DNA from: Acidobacteriota bacterium
Lineage (GTDB): Bacteria; Acidobacteriota; Blastocatellia; RBC074
Direction: 5' to 3'
Length of the DNA stretch: 64,000 nucleotides
Assembly (NCBI GenBank): GCA_016710075.1
Contig: JADJLO010000034.1
Span: 13,484 to 77,483 of the forward strand
The first letter of the stretch is position 1. Each line of letters starts with the position of its first letter. A program made the position numbers and the translations under genes. Positions 8,148-17,510 of the stretch are shown piece after piece. The notes beneath the pieces are model-generated. The model was given only the letters and a program-made list of their open reading frames with translations, was not told the origin of the DNA and did no database searches.

Positions 8148-10925
8148 TTAGGCAGTCGTAGCCACGACAGCGCCGGTCTTGTCGGCCATGGCTGCGTGAG
8201 CGGCTGCGAGCAGTGCGATTGGTACGCGATAAGGCGAGCAACTGACATAGTTCATACCCGCCTTGTGGCAGAAGATGACCGATTCAGGATCACCTCCGTG
8301 CTCGCCGCAGATGCCGATCTTGAGATCGGCCTTGACCGAGCGCCCCTTTCTGATCCCCATTTCGATAAGCTGTCCGACACCCTCCTGATCGAGCGTCTGG
8401 AACGGATCATCCGGCATGATCTTGTGATCGACATAGTGAGGCAGGAAGCGTCCCGAATCGTCGCGGCTCAGTCCCATTGCAGTCTGAGTAAGGTCATTGG
8501 TGCCGAAGCTGAAGAACTGGGCGACCTCGGCGATGCGATTGGCGGTCAGGGCGGCTCTCGGCAACTCGATCATAGTGCCGACAAGATCCTCTCCCGTCTC
8601 GCCCTCGCGAGCAAAGTCCTCCTGTGCAACACGGTTGACGACATCCGCCTGCAGCTTCAGTTCATTCACATTGCCGACGAGCGGGATCATGATTTCGGGC
8701 TTGACGTCGATGCCTTCACGCTTGACCTTGACCGCGGCTTCGAAAATTGCGCGAGCCTGCATCTCCGTGATTTCAGGATAGACGATGCCGAGGCGGCAGC
8801 CGCGATGGCCGAGCATCGGATTGAACTCGTGAAGCTGTTCGACGCGGGCTTTGGCCTCCTTGAATGGCATGCGAATCTTCTTTGCCAGTTCCTTGAGCGC
8901 CTTGTCGTCGTGGGGAACGAATTCATGAAGCGGCGGATCGAGTGTGCGGATGGTCACCGGGTATCCGTTCATTGCGCTGAAGATGCCGACGAAATCCTCA
9001 CGCTGCAATTCGAGCAGCGCGGCAAGAGCGCCATGGTAGAGCTCCGACGGACGTTTGATCTTCTTCTTGATCTCGGCAATCCGCTTTTTGATCTCTTTGG
9101 CCTTCTCGCCGGAGGCTTTTTCAAGATCGCTTTTCGCGGCATCGAGCTGTTTTTCGATGCTCTTGTAATCGCCTGAAGAGAGGATCATCTGACGCACGCT
9201 GTCGATTCTTTCGCCCTCGAAGAACATGTGTTCGGTGCGGCAGAGGCCGATTCCCTCGGCTCCGAAGCTGCGGGCAACAGTTGCATCATGCGGCGTGTCC
9301 GCATTGGCGCGGACGCCAAGCTTGCGGAATTCATTGACCCACTCCATCAGTGTCTTGAAGTGGCCGCTGATCTCAGGGTTGATCAGCGTCACCTGCCCGG
9401 TTATAACCCTGCCGGTCGAGCCGTCAAGAGTGATCCAATCGCCTTCTTTGATCGTCACGTTGTTGGTGGTGAATTGTTTCGCAGAATAATCGATCGACAC
9501 ATCGCCGCAGCCGGCGACGCAGCATTTTCCCATCCCGCGCGCAACGACGGCCGCGTGAGAAGTCATACCGCCACGCGCCGTCAGAATCGCCTGAGCCAGA
9601 ACCATTCCGTGAAAATCCTCGGGCGAGGTCTCGATCCGAACAAGAATCACCTTCTCGCCTTTCTTGCCCAGAGCTTCGGCTGTGTCGGGATCGAAAACGA
9701 CCATGCCGCTGGCCGCGCCGGGCGATGCCGGCAGGCCGGTGGCGATGACGTTCACCTCCGACTTCGGATCGATCATGGGGTGGAGCAACTGATCAAGCTG
9801 CGCCGGCTCGACACGCTGAACTGCGGTGGCCTTGTCGATTACACCCTCCTTGACCATGTCCACAGCGATGCGAACAGCGGCAGCGCCGGTGCGCTTGGCG
9901 TTGCGTGTCTGCAGCATCCAGAGCCTGCCTCGCTCGATCGTGAATTCAAGATCCTGTACGTCCTTGTAATGTTTTTCCAGCCTCTGGGCGACCTTGTGGA
10001 AGTCGTCATAAATTTCCGGCATCTCCACCTTGAGCTGTGCAATCTTCTTAGGAGTGCGGATGCCGGCCACGACGTCCTCTCCCTGCGCGTTCTGCAGGTA
10101 TTCGCCGTAAAGCTCATGCTCGCCGGTTGAGACGTCCCTCGTGAAGGCCACACCCGTTCCCGAATCTTCGCCCATGTTTCCGAAGACCATGGTCATAATG
10201 TTGACTGCCGTTCCCAGATCGTCCGAAATCTTGTGAACCCGGCGATAATCCTTTGCCCGACGGCCGTTCCAGGAGGCAAAAACCGCCTTGATCGACAGTT
10301 CAAGCTGCTTGAGCGGATCGGTCGGAAAATCCTTGCCGGTCGCCTGCTTGACGATGACCTTGTAATCATCGACCAGCGCAGCGAGTTCCGCTGCGGGAAC
10401 TTTCGTGTCTTCGGTCACGCCTAGTCGTTTCTTGTATTCGTCAAACTTGTGCTCGAACTTCTCGGCATCTATCCCCATGACGATCTTGCCGAAGAGCTGT
10501 ATGAAACGGCGATAAGCGTCATACGAGAAACGCTCGTTGCCGGTAAGTTTCGCCAGCGCCCCTCGCGTCTCGTCGTTCAATCCGAGATTGAGAATCGTAT
10601 CCATCATTCCGGGCATCGAAAACTTCGCTCCGGAACGAACCGAAACCAGTAACGGATTGTCCGTCCCGCCAAATTTCTTACCCGTCGCTTCTTCGACTTT
10701 TCTGAGGGCGGCAAGCGATTCATCCCACATCCCTTCCGGGAATTTCTCTCCTGATGAATAGTAGGAGGTGCAGGCCTCAGTCGTAACGGTGAAGCCCGGC
10801 GGCACGGGAATCCCGGCATTGGTCATTTCAGCCAGCCCGGCGCCCTTCCCTCCAAGCAGATCCTTCATCGTGCCTGTTCCTTCGGCTTTGCCGTCGGCAT
10901 AAAGATAAACGTATTTTTTACTCAT
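8148..10925 (-). CDS. ppdK: pyruvate, phosphate dikinase
   Basis: MSKKYVYLYADGKAEGTGTMKDLLGGKGAGLAEM..., full-length ~925 aa with PEP-utilising and TIM-barrel regions. AAGGAG 8 nt upstream of ATG at 10925; the listed upstream extension overlaps the RBS. Confidence 0.9.
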   Translation of the reverse strand: MSKKYVYLYADGKAEGTGTMKDLLGGKGAGLAEMTNAGIPVPPGFTVTTEACTSYYSSGEKFPEGMWDESLAALRKVEEATGKKFGGTDNPLLVSVRSGAKFSMPGMMDTILNLGLNDETRGALAKLTGNERFSYDAYRRFIQLFGKIVMGIDAEKFEHKFDEYKKRLGVTEDTKVPAAELAALVDDYKVIVKQATGKDFPTDPLKQLELSIKAVFASWNGRRAKDYRRVHKISDDLGTAVNIMTMVFGNMGEDSGTGVAFTRDVSTGEHELYGEYLQNAQGEDVVAGIRTPKKIAQLKVEMPEIYDDFHKVAQRLEKHYKDVQDLEFTIERGRLWMLQTRNAKRTGAAAVRIAVDMVKEGVIDKATAVQRVEPAQLDQLLHPMIDPKSEVNVIATGLPASPGAASGMVVFDPDTAEALGKKGEKVILVRIETSPEDFHGMVLAQAILTARGGMTSHAAVVARGMGKCCVAGCGDVSIDYSAKQFTTNNVTIKEGDWITLDGSTGRVITGQVTLINPEISGHFKTLMEWVNEFRKLGVRANADTPHDATVARSFGAEGIGLCRTEHMFFEGERIDSVRQMILSSGDYKSIEKQLDAAKSDLEKASGEKAKEIKKRIAEIKKKIKRPSELYHGALAALLELQREDFVGIFSAMNGYPVTIRTLDPPLHEFVPHDDKALKELAKKIRMPFKEAKARVEQLHEFNPMLGHRGCRLGIVYPEITEMQARAIFEAAVKVKREGIDVKPEIMIPLVGNVNELKLQADVVNRVAQEDFAREGETGEDLVGTMIELPRAALTANRIAEVAQFFSFGTNDLTQTAMGLSRDDSGRFLPHYVDHKIMPDDPFQTLDQEGVGQLIEMGIRKGRSVKADLKIGICGEHGGDPESVIFCHKAGMNYVSCSPYRVPIALLAAAHAAMADKTGAVVATTA

Positions 10926-10976
10926 TAAATATTCTTCTCCTTCGAGATTAGTGATCTTAAATTTCAATTTTTGTAA

Positions 10977-11741
10977 TTATTTCAATTCTGCCGGCCGAAG
11001 CCGGTCGAGCAAATCATAGGACTTCAATTCACGTTCCAGCACACGGTTGATCAGGCGAACGGCCATTTTACCTATCCGGTTGACCGACCATTGATCACGT
11101 CTGCCGTTGATGAAATTTGCCGGGGACTGGGTCATGATTTCTCTGATCAAAAGCCAGTCGACCTGTTTCAATTCATCTCCCAGCCCGCCACTGCAGGAAG
11201 CGCACATGGGAATGCCTTCATTGGTGATCCATACCGAAGCCGCTCCAACCAGTTCCTTCTCACACAATCCGCAATACCGCCAATCAGGAAAAAACCCCGA
11301 TAACTTGAGTATCCAGATCTCAAAATAGCGGGCGATTGCAGCCAGCTCCCTGCTCTCCGCCCGAGGCAGAGTTTCCATTGTTGCAGCCAGAAGCCGGTAG
11401 ACCTTCTCGTTGGACTCGTTATCCGGAATGAATTCAATAACCAGCTCTGCAAAGTAATGGAGCACACTGAGCAATTCACCGCTCATCTGCTCGAAAAACT
11501 GAGAGTGAATGATCTCGCAATCGGATATCGATACCAGCTCCCTGCTCTCATTCTGGAAGTATGTCAGAGCGACTTCGGTGAATGGTTCGAGACTCGCCCC
11601 ATACCTGCTGCGCAGCCTGCGCGCGCCACGGGCAACTCCCCTCACCTTCCCCGCTTCACGCGTGAAAAATATGCAGACCTTGTCGGCTTCCTTCAATGTG
11701 AATGTTCGGAGCACAAAAGCGTCTGTCTCGTGAAGTGGCAT
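10977..11741 (-). CDS. recO: DNA repair protein RecO
   Basis: ETDAFVLRTFTLKEADKVCIFFTREAGKV N-terminal OB-fold signature; Cys-rich zinc-binding segment CGLCEKE...CASCSGG. Confidence 0.85.
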   Translation of the reverse strand: MPLHETDAFVLRTFTLKEADKVCIFFTREAGKVRGVARGARRLRSRYGASLEPFTEVALTYFQNESRELVSISDCEIIHSQFFEQMSGELLSVLHYFAELVIEFIPDNESNEKVYRLLAATMETLPRAESRELAAIARYFEIWILKLSGFFPDWRYCGLCEKELVGAASVWITNEGIPMCASCSGGLGDELKQVDWLLIREIMTQSPANFINGRRDQWSVNRIGKMAVRLINRVLERELKSYDLLDRLRPAELK

Positions 11742-11793
11742 AAACAGTAATCGTAATTGTTAAGATAGGATTAGTAAAGCCAATCAGTAATCC

Positions 11794-12213
11794 TTAAACC
11801 CTGGGCTTTTTTGGAGCGGGTGTTTGAGAGGGAGCAGGGGCCGTGGGGCTGGGTCTGGGTTCTCGATCGATCTCCCGTTTATCCTTGAGGACGACGCGAG
11901 ATTTGCTGTAGATCACGGGATATCGCCCCGGAGGTCTGACGATCCATACCTCTCCACGGGTGTTATCTTCACCGGAGCCTTCAACCACGCCCAGATATTT
12001 GCCTGAGTCAGAGAGGTAAGCATGCCTGCCGATTGCGGGGTTGCGGCGGGGAATCATCCGATAAATGTAGAAACCGGATCCGGCGATGACCAGCAACAAA
12101 AGCAGAATGGCGTATTTCAGAAAGGGGAAGAAGAACTTCCAGATGAGCCATACCGAGAGCAGGATCATCAGAAGGCCGATCGTCAGGGCAACTTTGAGAG
12201 TTAAAGCGTCCAT
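11794..12213 (-). CDS. NfeD-like short membrane protein (2 TM + OB-fold)
   Basis: Two N-terminal TM helices, then YLGVVEGSGEDNTRGEVWIVRPPGRY beta-rich domain, then a Pro-rich tail. Confidence 0.5.
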   Translation of the reverse strand: MDALTLKVALTIGLLMILLSVWLIWKFFFPFLKYAILLLLLVIAGSGFYIYRMIPRRNPAIGRHAYLSDSGKYLGVVEGSGEDNTRGEVWIVRPPGRYPVIYSKSRVVLKDKREIDREPRPSPTAPAPSQTPAPKKPRV

Positions 12214-12226
12214 CTTTCTTTACTCT

Positions 12227-13672
12227 TTATTTCAGATATTTAATCAGGAGCGTGGCAAGGCCGAGGAAAGAAAGAAATCCGCCCACGTCCGTGCATGTTG
12301 TAACGAAGACCGTCGAAGCCAGAGCCGGATCAGCCTTGAGTCTCTTCAGGACCAGCGGAACCACAGTGCCGGCGGCGCCGGCAATCACCAGATTAATGAC
12401 CATTGAGACGGCGACGATTCCGCCGATGATGATCATCTTCGGACTGAATCCGAACCAGATCATGACCACGATCGCTGCCACGATACCATTTGTCAGACCG
12501 TTGAAAAGACCGACGGTTATCTCCTTGAAGAAAACACGGCGGCCGTTCTCCCAGGTCACCTCGCCAAGCGCGAGGCCCCGAACAATCACGGCAAGCGTCT
12601 GGGTTGCGGCATTTCCACCCATCCCGGCGATGACTGACTGCAGAGCCGCCAGGACGACAACTTTTTCGATTGTATTCTCAAATGCGTGGACGACAGAGGC
12701 GGCGAGTATTGCGGTCGCCAGATTAACCAGCAGCCATGGCATTCTCAAACGGACGGATCTGAAAGGCGTGCTGAGCGCGTTCTCATCGGAACGGACTCCT
12801 GAAAGCGCATAGATATCTTCAGTCGCCTCTTCACGGATGACATCGAGAACATCATCGACGGTAACGATTCCGACGAGCTTGTTCTCTTCATCGACCACCG
12901 GCACGCCGAGCAGGTTGTATTGAGCAACGATTCTGGCGACATCTTCCTGATCCTTATCAGTGCGGACGCTGATAACATCGGTGCCCATTATTTTTTTGAT
13001 GGGCGTCGTCGGCGGGACAAGTAGAAGATTGCGCAAACTGAGCACGCCGACAAGGTGATTACGATCATCCACGATGTAGAGGTAATAGACCAGTTCGACA
13101 TCGCGGCTGGCGCTTTGAACCGAAGCGATCGCCTCGCCGACGGTCAGATCCTCGGAGAGAGCGAAGACATCCGGCGTCATGATTCGCCCGGCCGTCCCTT
13201 CGGCAAATCTCAGCAGCTCCTGAACATCTGTCGAGGCCTCGACCTTCATCAGATCGAGGACGCTCTCCTTGAGCTCATCCGGAAATTCGTCGATGAAAAG
13301 CGCGGCGTCATCCGAGGCCAATTCCTGAAGCACCAGGGCGATCTGCTCGGGAGGCAGGGTTTTGAGCAGTTCGACGGCGGCTTCAAGACTCAATTCACTG
13401 ATGCTTGCCGAAGCAAGCTCGGTGTCTGTCCGTGCAAGCGCCGCAAAGACGGCATGACGATCGAGATCATTGAGCGCATGCAGGACTTGAGCAACGTCCG
13501 CCGGACGCCCCTTGCGCAGCACATTGATTGCGCGCGCAGTCGCTCCGCCTCGCATCAAACGGCGGACCGAATCCAGCATCAAGATCATCTTCTGAGACTG
13601 CATAAGACAAAAATCCGGAGCCGGAATCGAAATTTCAGAATTGCTTCCGACTCGACTCCAGGCTCCGGACAT
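12227..13672 (-). CDS. mgtE: magnesium transporter MgtE
   Basis: N-terminal domain, tandem CBS domains and a 5-TM C-terminal domain in MgtE order. Exact start uncertain (several Met). Confidence 0.85.
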   Translation of the reverse strand: MSGAWSRVGSNSEISIPAPDFCLMQSQKMILMLDSVRRLMRGGATARAINVLRKGRPADVAQVLHALNDLDRHAVFAALARTDTELASASISELSLEAAVELLKTLPPEQIALVLQELASDDAALFIDEFPDELKESVLDLMKVEASTDVQELLRFAEGTAGRIMTPDVFALSEDLTVGEAIASVQSASRDVELVYYLYIVDDRNHLVGVLSLRNLLLVPPTTPIKKIMGTDVISVRTDKDQEDVARIVAQYNLLGVPVVDEENKLVGIVTVDDVLDVIREEATEDIYALSGVRSDENALSTPFRSVRLRMPWLLVNLATAILAASVVHAFENTIEKVVVLAALQSVIAGMGGNAATQTLAVIVRGLALGEVTWENGRRVFFKEITVGLFNGLTNGIVAAIVVMIWFGFSPKMIIIGGIVAVSMVINLVIAGAAGTVVPLVLKRLKADPALASTVFVTTCTDVGGFLSFLGLATLLIKYLK

Positions 13673-13683
13673 ACTCCGACTCG

Positions 13684-13860
13684 CTAGAAGGGCAGTAAAT
13701 AAAGGACCCAGGCGATCAGCAGACCGACGCCGACAAAGTATGCAAATACTCTCAATCCATACTTGATGCGCTCTTCGGTCGTACCATGATCAGATGAGAG
13801 CGTCGCAAAAGCTATTGAAACAAAAAACGAGAAAAGCACCATGGCCAGGAAATGTGTCAT
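13684..13860 (-). CDS. small membrane protein (58 aa), possibly translationally coupled
   Basis: Not in the ORF track (<60 aa). MTHFLAMVLFSFFVSIAFATLSS...YFVGVGLLIAWVLYLLPF has two hydrophobic helices. Its ATG overlaps the upstream gene's TGA (ATGA). Confidence 0.4.
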   Translation of the reverse strand: MTHFLAMVLFSFFVSIAFATLSSDHGTTEERIKYGLRVFAYFVGVGLLIAWVLYLLPF

Positions 13861-14336
13861 GACTTCCTCCCGATCCCGATATCGAAGACATCAAGGACAG
13901 CGAGCATATTCAAGGCACCCGCTACACAGAGAAAGGTATTGCCATACTCGAAAGTCACCTTGGCCGCCTGTTCTGCCTGAAAATGAACGCCCCAGTCGAC
14001 GAGAAGGCAGACAAAATATGGCAGCCCGATTCCCGCATCGAGAAAGCTGAAGAACCATGTCAACCATTCGGTACTTTCGGGTTTGTAAAGATGGCCCTCC
14101 ATCAGAAATCCCAGGGCGAACATCGATATGATGACCAGTCCCGTGATCAACCCGCGAATCCATTTGCCGAGCAGGAAATGTCCCGCACCCGGAATAATCA
14201 ATGCCGCCACGCACGCAGAGCCCGTTCGGACGAACGATGCCGGTTTTGGCGAAATACTTATTTCATTTTGCAATTTATTATTTCTCTCCCCTTTTTGAGG
14301 ACTCGAATCAAAAGTTGATTCTAATTTTGGCATCAA
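13857..14336 (-). CDS. integral membrane protein, unknown function
   Basis: Four predicted TM helices; no recognised motif. Confidence 0.5.
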   Translation of the reverse strand: MMPKLESTFDSSPQKGERNNKLQNEISISPKPASFVRTGSACVAALIIPGAGHFLLGKWIRGLITGLVIISMFALGFLMEGHLYKPESTEWLTWFFSFLDAGIGLPYFVCLLVDWGVHFQAEQAAKVTFEYGNTFLCVAGALNMLAVLDVFDIGIGRKS

Positions 14337-14361
14337 GGGCTGTCAATGAAGAGTTCAAGTT

Positions 14362-15102
14362 TTAAGGTTTAAAGTTTGAACTGTCAGACAGAGTATCACT
14401 TTCCATTCTCAACTTTTCGAGAACGCCCTGAAACTTTGCCTGGATGGCCGGGTCGTCAGGGTCATCGACAGTGAATGGAGCCCCGATGACGACGAAGGCG
14501 CGTGAGAAGGGCTTCGGTATCTCGATCCTGTCCCAGCTTGGCAGCCGCCAGCAGTTCTCGAGTGAAATGGAAAAAGGAAGGATGGCGGCACCGGATTTCT
14601 TCGCGAGGAGCAGAGCGCCCGGTTTAGCCTGGTAGATGGGGCCGCGCGGTCCATCCACCGAAAAAGCTGCGCTGGTGCCGGATTTGACGGCGCGGATCAT
14701 TTGAATCAAGGCGGATCGCGCACCACGGGTCGAACTGCCCCTTGCCGCTCCGTAACCGAAACGCTGGATGAATCTGGCGATGTATTCCGAATCGAAGCTT
14801 TGAGAAGACATGACGATGATTCCGCGATCACGCCAGAAATATGTGGCGATCGGAATCCGGTTGTGCCAGAAACAATAGACCAGCGGTTGATTTTCAGAAT
14901 GGTTCTGATATCCGCTGATTTCGAATTTCAGGGTTGCGCCAATGACCCTGATAAGCCAGAACAGCCCCAATCCGGCGGCGCGGATAATGAGCCTTTGTTT
15001 GAAACTGTATTTATCGAGCGGGGCGAACGAATAGAGCTTTTTGAGCAGGGCGTCCAACCTCTCATCCCCCTCGACTGCCCCGTTTTTTTGAGTAAAGTCC
15101 AA
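14362..15102 (-). CDS. DUF374-family protein (lysophospholipid acyltransferase-like)
   Basis: LVYCFWHNRIPIATYFWRDRGIIVMSSQSFDSEYIARFIQRFGYGAARGSS is the characteristic DUF374 block. Confidence 0.65.
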   Translation of the reverse strand: MDFTQKNGAVEGDERLDALLKKLYSFAPLDKYSFKQRLIIRAAGLGLFWLIRVIGATLKFEISGYQNHSENQPLVYCFWHNRIPIATYFWRDRGIIVMSSQSFDSEYIARFIQRFGYGAARGSSTRGARSALIQMIRAVKSGTSAAFSVDGPRGPIYQAKPGALLLAKKSGAAILPFSISLENCWRLPSWDRIEIPKPFSRAFVVIGAPFTVDDPDDPAIQAKFQGVLEKLRMESDTLSDSSNFKP

Positions 15103-15430
15103 AGTCCAAAGTCAGGAGTTTAAAGTCTAAAGTTCAAAGTCTAAAGTCCGGATTTTAAAGTCCAAAGTCCAGGCGCAGGCGTCCCGGCTGCGTCAATTCG
15201 ATTAACGCAAGTCTGATATGAATGTGCGGATATTTCAATACAAGCAGGCGGGACGCCTGCGTACCCACTCGTATTTTTGGCGTTCTTGGCCCTCTTGGCG
15301 TTCCTGGCGATAAAATAATTTCTTAACCACAAAATCCGTTAGTTTCAGAAACTATAAACTTTAAACTTTGGACTTTAGACTTTGAACTTTAAACTTTGAA
15401 CTTTGAACTTTAAACTTGTATTCTCGATCT
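15095..15430. repeat. composite intergenic element: ~10 direct AAAGTYY heptamers - ~170-bp core with 19-bp inverted repeat (CGCAGGCGTCCCGGCTGCG / CGCAGGCGGGACGCCTGCG) - ~10 inverted heptamers (RAACTTT)
   Basis: Read directly: AAAGTCCAAAGTCCAAAGTCA...AAAGTCCAGG | core | AAACTATAAACTTTAAACTTTGGACTTT...AAACTTG. The core also holds the 30-mer TTAACCACAAAATCCGTTAGTTTCAGAAAC, which recurs in inverse at 61047-61076. Confidence 0.75.
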
Positions 15431-15458
15431 GAGGGTTGATCAACGGAGGAATAGAATT

Positions 15459-17501
15459 ATGAAATCACCTGAAGTTTCGCGTCTTCGATTGAGCATGGCA
15501 GCGGTTCTGGTGATGTTTTTTTCATTGATTGCAGTCATGCCGTTTGCCGCACAGCAGCCGCAGCCGCAGCCTGTGAAACCAGTTTCGCCAGTTGCGCCAA
15601 TCAAGCCGGTTCTGCCGGATGGGTCGATTTCCTCTGGAGAGAAGTTGATTCCGTTACCTGGAAGTTCTGCAGTGAAGCAGGGCAATCGCACAAGAAGGTC
15701 GGCGTCCGCACCGGTACAGCTCAATGAAGACCAAAAAATAATGCACCTGCTCAATCGTGCTGGATTTGGACCAAGGCCGGGAGATATCGACCGTGTTCGC
15801 AGAATGGGGATTGAAAGTTATCTGGAAGAGCAGCTTCACCCGGAAGATCAAGTCGATACATTCCTCAATAAACCGCTACTGGCGCTCAATACGCTGCAGA
15901 TGAGCGTGCCTGAAACGATACAGACATTTGCTCCGCCCCCGCAATCCCCTGCCCCCCCGCCACCCCCGCCACCCCAGGTGACACCGGCACCTTCGACGCC
16001 AACTGCGCCAAAGACTTTGCCGATTCCCGCGCTCGCCCAATCGATGCAGAAAGATGATCAGCCAAGAGAGGCGATGGCCGGGCAGGAGATGAACCGGCCG
16101 CAGCAGCAACCGCTGCCGCCGCAGCCTCAACCAGGCCAGACGAATCCGGCAAATCAGTCTCCGCAGCCGCGGCCGACGATGCCGCCGCGCGATCCGCAGA
16201 CGCCGCTTCGCGAGTTGCAGCAGGCAAAATTATTAAGATCGGTCTTCAGTGAAAAGCAGCTTCAGGAAGTGATGGTCGATTTCTGGATGAATCACTTCAA
16301 TGTATTTGCGGGCAAGGACAACGTTCGCTGGATGATCACTTCTTACGAAAGAGACGTGATCCGGCCGAGGGCGATGGGGCGGTTCAGAGACCTGCTGCTT
16401 GGCGTGGCTCAAAGCCCCGCGATGCTTTATTACCTCGATAACTTCCTGAGTCAGGCAGAGCCCAGGACGCCGCCACAGCCGGCAGCGCCCAGGCCTGCCG
16501 ATGCGGCAAATCAGGTGAATCCCGAGAATGCTCAGGCTTCCCAGCCGCCACCCCCGCCACCCCAGCCAAGGCGGCCGGGATTGAACGAAAATTACGCACG
16601 TGAACTGATGGAGCTGCACACGCTCGGCGTCGATGGAGGCTATTCGCAGCAGGATGTGCAGGAAGTGGCCCGCTGCTTTACAGGCTGGACGATCACGCCG
16701 CAGCCGAATACGGCATTCGTCTTCCGTCCGAGAGTGCATGATAAGGGCGAAAAAAATATCCTCGGCAAGCGCATTTCGGAAGGTGGCGGCATAGAAGACG
16801 GATTGAGAGTCATAGATATTCTTTCACGCCATCCATCGACGGCGAGATTCATCTCCTACAAGCTCTGCCAGCGCTTCGTTGCCGACGATCCTCCCGCCGC
16901 GCTGGTCACCAAAGTCATCGAAAAATTCGAGCAGACCGATGGCGATATCAGGGAGATGCTGAGAACCATTCTGACATCCCAGGAATTTTACTCTCCGAAA
17001 TTTTACCGGAACAAGATCAAGTCTCCGCTGGAGCTGGTGGCTTCGGCCCTGAGAGCCTCCGGGGCCTCGACAGACGGGGCTGCGCCGGTCTTTCAATGGA
17101 TTGGAAGGATGGGAGAGGCTCTTTACCTTTGTCAGCCGCCTACGGGTTATTCCGAAGAATCCTCCCGCTGGCTGAGCAACGCGACACTGCTCGAAAGAAT
17201 GAACTTTGCGCTTGCCCTGATGGGGAACAGGATCAACGGGACCCGCGTGGATCCGGGCAAGCTGACGTCTCTCGAATCGGAGTTGAAAGACGAGATGCTG
17301 CTCGATCAACTGATCGCGTCATTGTTGCACTCGGATGTATCGACGGAGACGCGCGATAAACTGCTGTCGGTCATGAGGGAGTCCCGGGCAGGCATGGCCC
17401 GGGCAAAATACGATGACCGTGCGATGAGGAAGAACAACGAACAGATCGTTGCCGCAATCAGTTCATTAATTTTCGGATCACGGGAATTTCAGACGAAATA
17501 A
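15459..17501 (+). CDS. DUF1800-family secreted protein with long Pro/Gln-rich insertion
   Basis: Signal peptide; ELHTLGVDGGYSQQDV signature of DUF1800; low-complexity PQPQP / PPPPPP tracts. Confidence 0.7.
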   Translation: MKSPEVSRLRLSMAAVLVMFFSLIAVMPFAAQQPQPQPVKPVSPVAPIKPVLPDGSISSGEKLIPLPGSSAVKQGNRTRRSASAPVQLNEDQKIMHLLNRAGFGPRPGDIDRVRRMGIESYLEEQLHPEDQVDTFLNKPLLALNTLQMSVPETIQTFAPPPQSPAPPPPPPPQVTPAPSTPTAPKTLPIPALAQSMQKDDQPREAMAGQEMNRPQQQPLPPQPQPGQTNPANQSPQPRPTMPPRDPQTPLRELQQAKLLRSVFSEKQLQEVMVDFWMNHFNVFAGKDNVRWMITSYERDVIRPRAMGRFRDLLLGVAQSPAMLYYLDNFLSQAEPRTPPQPAAPRPADAANQVNPENAQASQPPPPPPQPRRPGLNENYARELMELHTLGVDGGYSQQDVQEVARCFTGWTITPQPNTAFVFRPRVHDKGEKNILGKRISEGGGIEDGLRVIDILSRHPSTARFISYKLCQRFVADDPPAALVTKVIEKFEQTDGDIREMLRTILTSQEFYSPKFYRNKIKSPLELVASALRASGASTDGAAPVFQWIGRMGEALYLCQPPTGYSEESSRWLSNATLLERMNFALALMGNRINGTRVDPGKLTSLESELKDEMLLDQLIASLLHSDVSTETRDKLLSVMRESRAGMARAKYDDRAMRKNNEQIVAAISSLIFGSREFQTK

Positions 17502-17510
17502 TTTAATTTT

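Noticed and set aside
8196-10130. Long plus-strand ORFs (326 aa, 300 aa) inside ppdK, and similar antisense ORFs inside tex (48242..49066), tktA (55518..56627), gdh (22814..23680), the Rhs genes (42992..43645, 46952..47689), P450 (52991..53722) and the ABC ATPase (35268..36113)
   Set aside because: Antisense shadow ORFs expected in 58-60% GC DNA. Each overlaps a strongly supported gene on the other strand and has no motif of its own.
12086-12406. Small ORFs (60-106 aa) in the NfeD/mgtE region and similar short ORFs scattered through the track
   Set aside because: Overlap better-supported genes on the opposite strand, or lack RBS and motifs. Not reported individually.
15095-15430. Possible CRISPR array suggested by the regular short repeats
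   Set aside because: Repeat unit is only 7 bp, there are no unique spacers, and there are no cas genes. It is a heptamer satellite or binding-site array, not CRISPR.
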